Part shown: piece after piece, positions 46,956 to 53,201 of the stretch
Position numbering within the stretch: the first letter of the stretch is position 1
How the letters are laid out: each line of letters starts with the position of its first letter
Source of the DNA: an uncultured Clostridiaceae bacterium
GTDB lineage: Bacteria > Bacillota > Clostridia > TANB77 > CAG-508
Assembly (NCBI GenBank): GCA_958402495.1
Contig: CATXTS010000001.1
Location: 1-53,201, forward strand
Direction: 5' to 3'
DNA: 53,201 nt
Program-made: the position numbers and the translations under genes
Notes under the pieces: generated by a model
Databases searched by the model: none
Told to the model about the DNA's origin: nothing
Seen by the model: the letters and a program-made list of their open reading frames with translations, nothing else

Positions 46956-47846
46956 TTATACCGATTGTTGAAATGTTTTCATTGCTTTTTCTAATTTCTC
47001 TTTTCCCGCAGGGCTCATTTCAACTAATGGTAGACGAGGAATACCAAATGAATAGCCTTTATAGTTTAGGGCATATTTAACAGGAATAGGATTTACCTCA
47101 GAAAATAAGGCTTCTACAAGTGGTAAACATTTTAATTGTGCTTCTCTTGCTTTTTGGATATTTCCTTCTAAAAAATCACTAACCATTTGATGGGTAAAGT
47201 GTGGTTCTATATTAGATAATACAGAGATGACGCCTAAGCCCCCTAGGGATAAGATAGGAATGATTTGGTCATCATTTCCAGAATAGATAGCTAGATTATC
47301 ACCACATAAAGAAGCTGTTTTAGCAATCTGTGCAATATTACCAGAAGCTTCCTTGATAGCTACAATATTTTCTATTTTAGATAATGCTAAACAAGTTTCA
47401 GGTAAAATGTTGACACCTGTTCTGCTGGGAACATTATATAAAATAATAGGAATCGAAACACAATTGGCTATAGCTGTGTAATGGGCAATTAAACCAGCTT
47501 GTGTCGTTTTATTATAATAAGGTGTAACAAGTAACAGACCATCAGCTCCAACAGATTGGGCATATTGGGACATTTCTATAGCTACTTTGGTATGATTGCT
47601 ACCAGTTCCTGCTATAACAGGTACCCTCTTAGCAACTGTATCTACTGTAAATTTAATAGTCTCTTTTCTTTCCTGTTCTGTCATAGTAGAACTTTCGCCT
47701 GTAGTACCACAAACAATAATAGCATCTACACCTTGCTCAATTTGAAATTCTAATAGTTTTTTTAATTCTTCAAAGTTAACGCCATCATCTTCGCTAAATG
47801 GAGTGGCGATGGCAGTGCCACATCCTTTAAATAATATTTTTTTCAT
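46956..47846 (-). CDS. dapA: 4-hydroxy-tetrahydrodipicolinate synthase
   Basis: [20 protein letters not shown], and AIKEASG (Schiff-base Lys). Confidence 0.92.
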   Translation of the reverse strand: MKKILFKGCGTAIATPFSEDDGVNFEELKKLLEFQIEQGVDAIIVCGTTGESSTMTEQERKETIKFTVDTVAKRVPVIAGTGSNHTKVAIEMSQYAQSVGADGLLLVTPYYNKTTQAGLIAHYTAIANCVSIPIILYNVPSRTGVNILPETCLALSKIENIVAIKEASGNIAQIAKTASLCGDNLAIYSGNDDQIIPILSLGGLGVISVLSNIEPHFTHQMVSDFLEGNIQKAREAQLKCLPLVEALFSEVNPIPVKYALNYKGYSFGIPRLPLVEMSPAGKEKLEKAMKTFQQSV

Positions 47847-47957
47847 AATTTTCCTTCTTTCTGAAAAGGCAATATAGCAAAGAAAATATACTTATAATTT
47901 CTCTTAAGGCTTATTATAAAATAAAGTCATCAAAAAGAAAATAGTTTTCCTCCATTT

Positions 47958-48977
47958 TTATAAAGAGGAATTCTTTTCTATTAATTTTTCTACAATTTGA
48001 ATAGCATTAGAAGCAGCACCTTTACGAATATTATCTGCTACCACCCATAGGTTTAAACCAAAGGCAATACTATCATCTCTTCTAATTCTACCAACAAATA
48101 CTTCATCAAAACCAGTAGCATAAGTAGCTAGTGGGTAAAGATAATAAGAAGGATTGTCTTGCACAACGACGCCAGGGCTATGTTTTAATAAATCTTTTAC
48201 TGCTTCTATGTCGAAATCTTTTTCAAATTCTAGATTGATAGACTCACTATGGGAATTGAAAACAGGAACTCTAACAGCAGTTGCTGTAATGGGTAAATCT
48301 GGTTTTTTCAAAATTTTCCTGGTTTCTTGTATCATCTTTTCTTCTTCTTTGGTATAGCCATTGTCTAAAAAGACATCAATATGGGGTAAGCAGTTACTAA
48401 AGATAGGATAAGGAAATTTTTGAAGATAGCTGGTGTCTTCGTCATTTCTATGGACGATACCATTTTCTAAATCAGCAATTCCTTTAGAACCGGCACCAGA
48501 CACTGCTTGATAAGTGGAATAGACCACTCTCTTAATATGATAGACATCGTCCAAAGGCTTTAAAGCTACGACAGCCTGAATCGTAGAACAATTAGGGTTA
48601 GCAATGATACCATGATGATGTAAAATTTCTTCTGGATTTACCTCTGGTACAACTAAAGGAACATTTTCATCCATACGAAAAGCACTACTATTGTCTACAA
48701 CAACACAACCTTTGCTAGCAGCGATAGGAGAATATTTTTTAGATGTTTCTCCACCTGCTGAAAAGATAGCAAAATCAAAGCCATCATCAAAAGAATGCTC
48801 CGTCAATTCTTGTATTTCATATTCTTTTCCCATAAAGGAAACTTGTTTTCCAGCAGACCTGCTAGATGCAAAAAGAACATATTCTGCAATAGGGAGTTTT
48901 TTCTCCTCCAATACTTTTAGAACTGTTCTTCCTACAACACCTGTAGCTCCTACTACAGCTAATTTGTAATTTTTCAT
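47958..48977 (-). CDS. asd: aspartate-semialdehyde dehydrogenase
   Basis: VVGATGVVG Rossmann loop and active-site NPNCSTIQ. Length 339 aa. Confidence 0.92.
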   Translation of the reverse strand: MKNYKLAVVGATGVVGRTVLKVLEEKKLPIAEYVLFASSRSAGKQVSFMGKEYEIQELTEHSFDDGFDFAIFSAGGETSKKYSPIAASKGCVVVDNSSAFRMDENVPLVVPEVNPEEILHHHGIIANPNCSTIQAVVALKPLDDVYHIKRVVYSTYQAVSGAGSKGIADLENGIVHRNDEDTSYLQKFPYPIFSNCLPHIDVFLDNGYTKEEEKMIQETRKILKKPDLPITATAVRVPVFNSHSESINLEFEKDFDIEAVKDLLKHSPGVVVQDNPSYYLYPLATYATGFDEVFVGRIRRDDSIAFGLNLWVVADNIRKGAASNAIQIVEKLIEKNSSL

Positions 48978-49241
48978 GTAAAAAGCACCTCGCTTATATC
49001 ATAAACCATATAGAACATAGTTATCTCCTACATTAGATATGTACATTATATGGTAATTTCTTAAAAATAGAAACCTTTTTTTGCAAAATAATAGAAAAAA
49101 TAAAATAAGGTTACCAATTGGAAAGAAAAAGAATAAAAATTTAAAATACTTTGCCAGCAACTCTTTTAAAATGCAAGAAAACATGTTAGAATGAAAAAAT
49201 AAAAAGCATTTTACTTTCATAAGAAAAGGAAGGGAGAAAAA

Positions 49242-51291
49242 ATGCAAGAACTAAAAAAGGAAGTACAATATATTAAAGGGGTAGGACCAGCAAGAGCGGT
49301 ACTATTAAATAAGTTAGGCATTTATACTTTAGAAGATTTAATTACTTACTATCCTAGAGAGTATGAAGATAGAGGAAAACCAAAGTTAATTGCTAATTTA
49401 GAAGAAGGAGAAGAGGTTCTAATTGAGGCAGTAGCTGTTTCTAGGATTAGTGAAGCAAGAATTAGAAAAAGTATGACGATTTATAAATTAGTGGTGCGCG
49501 ATGAATCTGGAACTTGTACAATTACTTGGTTTAATCAAAGTTATTTGAAAAATCGATTTGAAATCGGGAAGACGTATAAATTTTATGGAAAAGTTTCTAT
49601 CAAATATGGAAAAGTAGAAATGAATTCTCCCGTTTTTGATGATGAACATACGTCTAAAAACACAGGTAAAATTATTCCTATTTATCCTTTGACTTATCAA
49701 TTATCACAAAACACCATTCGTAAAATTATCGAAAATGGTTTAGAAATAGTTAAAGGAAAATTACCAGAAACATTACCGGAATATATTAAACAAGAATATC
49801 AATTAGAAGAGGAAAATCAAGCGGTTTATCAAATTCATTTTCCACAAGATTTTTCTGAATTTGAAAGAGCTAGAAAGCGTTTGGTGTTTGAAGAATTACT
49901 ATCTATGCAATTGGCCTTAATGAGTTTAAAAAATGAAACCATAGAAGAAACAGGTATTGCTTATAGTAAAGCTATAAAAATGTCAGATGTGATTAATGAA
50001 TTGCCATTTCATTTAACAAAAGCACAATTAAAAGTCTTAGAAGAAATCGATAATGACATGGAACAGATAAAGCCAATGAACCGTTTACTACAAGGAGATG
50101 TAGGCTCACGGAAAAACGGTAGTTTCTATTATAGCAAGTTATAAAGCGGTAAAATGTGGCTATCAAGTTGCCATTATGGCACCAACGGCAATTCTAGCAG
50201 CACAACATTTGGAAAGTTTTGAAGCTATTTTATCTAAGTGGGGAATTAGGTGTGCATTGCTAATTGGTAGTGTTACGAAAAAGAAAAAAGAAGAAATCTT
50301 AGAACAATTACAAAGTGGAGAGATAGATATACTAATTGGTACACATGCCTTGTTAGAAGAAAATGTAGTTTTTAAAAAGTTAGGATTAGTAGTAACTGAT
50401 GAGCAACATAGATTTGGTGTTAAACAAAGGGGAAAAATGATTGCAAAAGGAGAAAATCCAGATGTATTGGTTATGACAGCCACACCAATTCCAAGAACAC
50501 TGGCTTTGATTTTATATGGAGACTTAGATATTTCTATTATTGATGAATTACCACCCAATAGGAAAAAGATTGATACCTTTGCAGTAACTAAGTCCATGGA
50601 AGATAGAGTAAATCGTTTTATCAAAAAACAAATTGAGGAGGGTAGGCAAGTATATGTCGTTTGTCCTTTAGTAGAAGAAACAGAAGAAATTAAGGCAAAA
50701 GCAGTCCTAGAACTGGCAGAAAAATATGAAAAAGAAATTTTTAAAGAATATAAAGTAGCCTTTTTACATGGAAAGATGAGACCTAAAGAAAAAGATGAAA
50801 TTATGGGGCAATTTAAACAAGGGAACATAGACATATTGGTGTCTACCACCGTTATTGAAGTCGGCGTAAATGTCCCTAACGCTAGTATTATGGTGGTGGA
50901 AAATGCGGAACGATTTGGTTTAGCACAATTGCATCAGTTAAGAGGGCGTGTAGGAAGAGGAGAATATCAATCCTATTGTATTTTAAAATATAATAGTCAA
51001 TCAGATGTAGTAAGACAGAGAATGCAAATTATGCAAAGTACGAATGATGGATTTCTGATTGCAGAAAAGGATTTAGAATTAAGAGGAACAGGAGAATTTT
51101 TTGGAACTAGACAACACGGTCTTCCAGAATTTAAAATTGCTAATTTATTTGAAGATATGCCTATTTTAAAACTGGTACAAGAACTATGTATTCGTATAGA
51201 ACAAGAAGACCCTAAAATACAATTAGAAAAAAATACAAGATTAAAAGGACTAATACAGAAGAAATTTCAAAGAGGAATGATTGAATTATAA
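49242..51291 (+). pseudogene. recG: ATP-dependent DNA helicase RecG, reading frame broken by one extra C (50109) in the Walker A codons
   Basis: The 49242..50144 part encodes the N-terminal wedge domain and ends ...[16 protein letters not shown]...*. The +1 frame from 50110 reads [33 protein letters not shown] and continues into 50176..51291 with [15 protein letters not shown] and [12 protein letters not shown]. Confidence 0.85.
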
Positions 51292-51333
51292 AATACAAAA
51301 GATAGTTATAAAACAGGATTTAAGGGGTATGAA

Positions 51334-52545
51334 ATGAAAGAGGAAAAAATAGAGAATATTTTCAATCATAAAATGAAAGAGATAGATAAAGAACGTGTTT
51401 TAGATACTATTATATATTTTGAATGGAAACGATTACAAGAAGAGAAAACAGAAGAATACTATGAAGAGGAAGATAAACAACAAGAAAGTGAGAAAATGTC
51501 TCTTAAGGGACTAGGAAAAGAAGAGAAGCAGGCATGGAATAGGCTTAGAGAGTTAATTTTATCTGCTAGTGAAGTGTATGAACAATTCTATCGCTTTTCT
51601 ATTCAATATGATGAATTGGAATTAGTAGATAAAATAGAAATTATTTGGAGAAAAGTACAAGAACTAAATCAAAGAAGAGTGCTGGTTTCTCAAGATAGTT
51701 TAGTTACAGAACCTATACTAAACATAACAGAACAAGGAATTGTATTTGCAGCTTCTTATCAAAAAGAAATGGAAGAAGATAAAAATAATGTGAAAGCTAT
51801 CTATAATAGATTAAAGCAATTACAAAGTTGGGAATCTGAAAATACGGAAGCATATGCAGCATTATTTGAAGAGATACAGAAAGTTAGAAAACAGGATAAG
51901 AATTATCCAGTATTTTTTTATCATGGAATTGATAATAAAAAAGAAGTTATCCAAAGTATTTTTTATTATCATACTAAAGAACTTTCAGAAATAATGCCAC
52001 AGATGGAAGAAAAGCAACAAAAAGAGTTGTTAAAAAGAGAAGCTAAAAAAACATATAAACAATTTTACCGTTTTGTTGACTTAAATGATGCATCTGTAGA
52101 AGAGAAAGATTTAAACCATTATGCAGGTAAAGTAGATAATCAAAAGCTAGAAGAAATTTTAGAGGAGCAATTAGAAGAGATAATACAGATGCAAAGACAA
52201 AACAGAGGAAACTTACCAGGAGAAAACCAACCAGAAGAGCCACTTTCTTGTTACAAATGTATAGAAGCTAATGGAATAGAAAAAAAATTTGATAGAAAAG
52301 AAAATGATGGAACAGGATGTTGGACTCAAAAGATTTTTGACGAATTAAAAAAACTAGAAGCATTGCAAAGAGAAGACCCCATTGCTTATTATGAAAAATG
52401 GTTAGAGACAAAATTGTATAGAGCTAGAGAAAGAAATGATGCTACAGAGATAGAAATGGTCAGAAAGATTTACCAGGCGTTTGAAATGCAAAAAGAGCAT
52501 TTAGAAAAGGAAATTAATTCTTCTAAATTGCAGCAAAGAGGATAA
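51334..52545 (+). CDS. hypothetical Glu/Lys-rich protein
   Basis: 403-aa ORF with RBS aagggg. No recognisable motif. Confidence 0.5.
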   Translation: MKEEKIENIFNHKMKEIDKERVLDTIIYFEWKRLQEEKTEEYYEEEDKQQESEKMSLKGLGKEEKQAWNRLRELILSASEVYEQFYRFSIQYDELELVDKIEIIWRKVQELNQRRVLVSQDSLVTEPILNITEQGIVFAASYQKEMEEDKNNVKAIYNRLKQLQSWESENTEAYAALFEEIQKVRKQDKNYPVFFYHGIDNKKEVIQSIFYYHTKELSEIMPQMEEKQQKELLKREAKKTYKQFYRFVDLNDASVEEKDLNHYAGKVDNQKLEEILEEQLEEIIQMQRQNRGNLPGENQPEEPLSCYKCIEANGIEKKFDRKENDGTGCWTQKIFDELKKLEALQREDPIAYYEKWLETKLYRARERNDATEIEMVRKIYQAFEMQKEHLEKEINSSKLQQRG

Positions 52546-52645
52546 AATAAGACAAAAAACTTGACATTTACATAAAAAAACAATATGATAAAGAAGAAAA
52601 AAGAAACGAGACAAGTAAAATTAGAAGTAAAAGGAGTCGTTATTT

Positions 52646-53201
52646 ATGCATACACAAATATTAACTTCGAATATGGGAGCTGAATTAGTTAGTTTCAAAT
52701 TAGATGGAGAAGAAAAAATACACCAAGGACAAGATTGCATAGATAGTAATGGAAGAATATATTGGAAAAGACATTGGCCAGTTTTATTTCCGACAGTTGG
52801 AAAATCAAAGAAGAATCAAACCATTATAAATGGAAAAACTTATGAAATGCCACAACATGGTTTTGCAAGAGATATGGAATTTGAGCCAATTACCAAATTA
52901 GATAATTTTCATTCCTATGTATTAAAAAGTAATAAGAAATTAATGGACAAATTCCCTTATGAGTTTTCTTTATTTGTTACTTATAGACTAGATGAAAATA
53001 AATTAACTACTATTTACAAAGTCGTTAATGATGGGGATGTGGATATGCCTTTTGGAATAGGAGGACATCCAGCATTTCAAATTCATTTAGAAGACTTACA
53101 AAAAGGAAATTACTATTTGGAATTTGAACAAGAAGAAGATAAAATTCATTTTTTATATTTAGTAGATGGATTAGTGGGAACCGAATATGCTAAAAATATT
53201 A
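52646..53201 (+). CDS. aldose 1-epimerase family protein, N-terminal part (3' end outside the window)
   Basis: ATG 52646 follows aaggag and the frame is open to the window end. ...GAELVSFKLDGEE...WKRHWPVLFPTVGK...MPQHGFARD...GGHPAF matches LacX/GalM-like mutarotases. Confidence 0.7.
   Translation, partial: MHTQILTSNMGAELVSFKLDGEEKIHQGQDCIDSNGRIYWKRHWPVLFPTVGKSKKNQTIINGKTYEMPQHGFARDMEFEPITKLDNFHSYVLKSNKKLMDKFPYEFSLFVTYRLDENKLTTIYKVVNDGDVDMPFGIGGHPAFQIHLEDLQKGNYYLEFEQEEDKIHFLYLVDGLVGTEYAKNI

Noticed and set aside
48978-49241. Possible lysine riboswitch (L-box) upstream of the asd-dapA-dapB operon.
   Set aside because: The minus-strand leader is short and AT-rich. I could not find the conserved L-box helices or a terminator/antiterminator pair.

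Overview
AT-rich chromosomal segment (about 30% GC by eye, not computed) from a spore-forming, Clostridia-like Firmicute; spoIVA and DUF421/DUF4363 genes are present. Most of the window is housekeeping: lysS (3' part), tsaD, pepF, rplU-rpmA, trpS, obg, lexA, mreB, a TetR regulator with an acyl-CoA synthetase, murF-like and ddl genes, an asd-dapA-dapB operon and recG. Several accessory or unusual elements are interleaved.

1. **Helical-module gene cluster (25.4-28.3 kb).** Three genes share an uncharacterised ~70-aa helical module. One is a 693-aa adhesin-like protein with no signal peptide. The divergent promoters look sigmaK-like, so this is a candidate spore-surface system.
2. **Interrupted tRNA-Tyr(GUA).** A 229-nt group I (IC3-like) intron sits in the anticodon. 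A truncated PD-(D/E)XK endonuclease ORF lies next to it.
3. **Type III toxin-antitoxin locus.** It reads consensus promoter, 2 x 48-nt RNA repeats, terminator, then a ToxN/AbiQ/CptN-like toxin.
4. **BceRS-BceAB-type peptide-antibiotic module.** It has a textbook TTACA-N4-TGTAA operator and is bracketed by two divergent monofunctional GT51 transglycosylase paralogs.
5. **Insertion between rpmA and obg.** It includes a high-GC foreign ORF and a duplicated intergenic module.
6. **Three split conserved genes (recG, an Endo IV-like gene, a Sel1-repeat gene).** Each is restored by removing one C. In each case the 0-frame codon at the junction is CGG, a codon I found in no housekeeping gene here.

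No CRISPR array, rRNA, transposase or T-box was seen. All homology calls rest on motif recognition by eye; no database search was possible.
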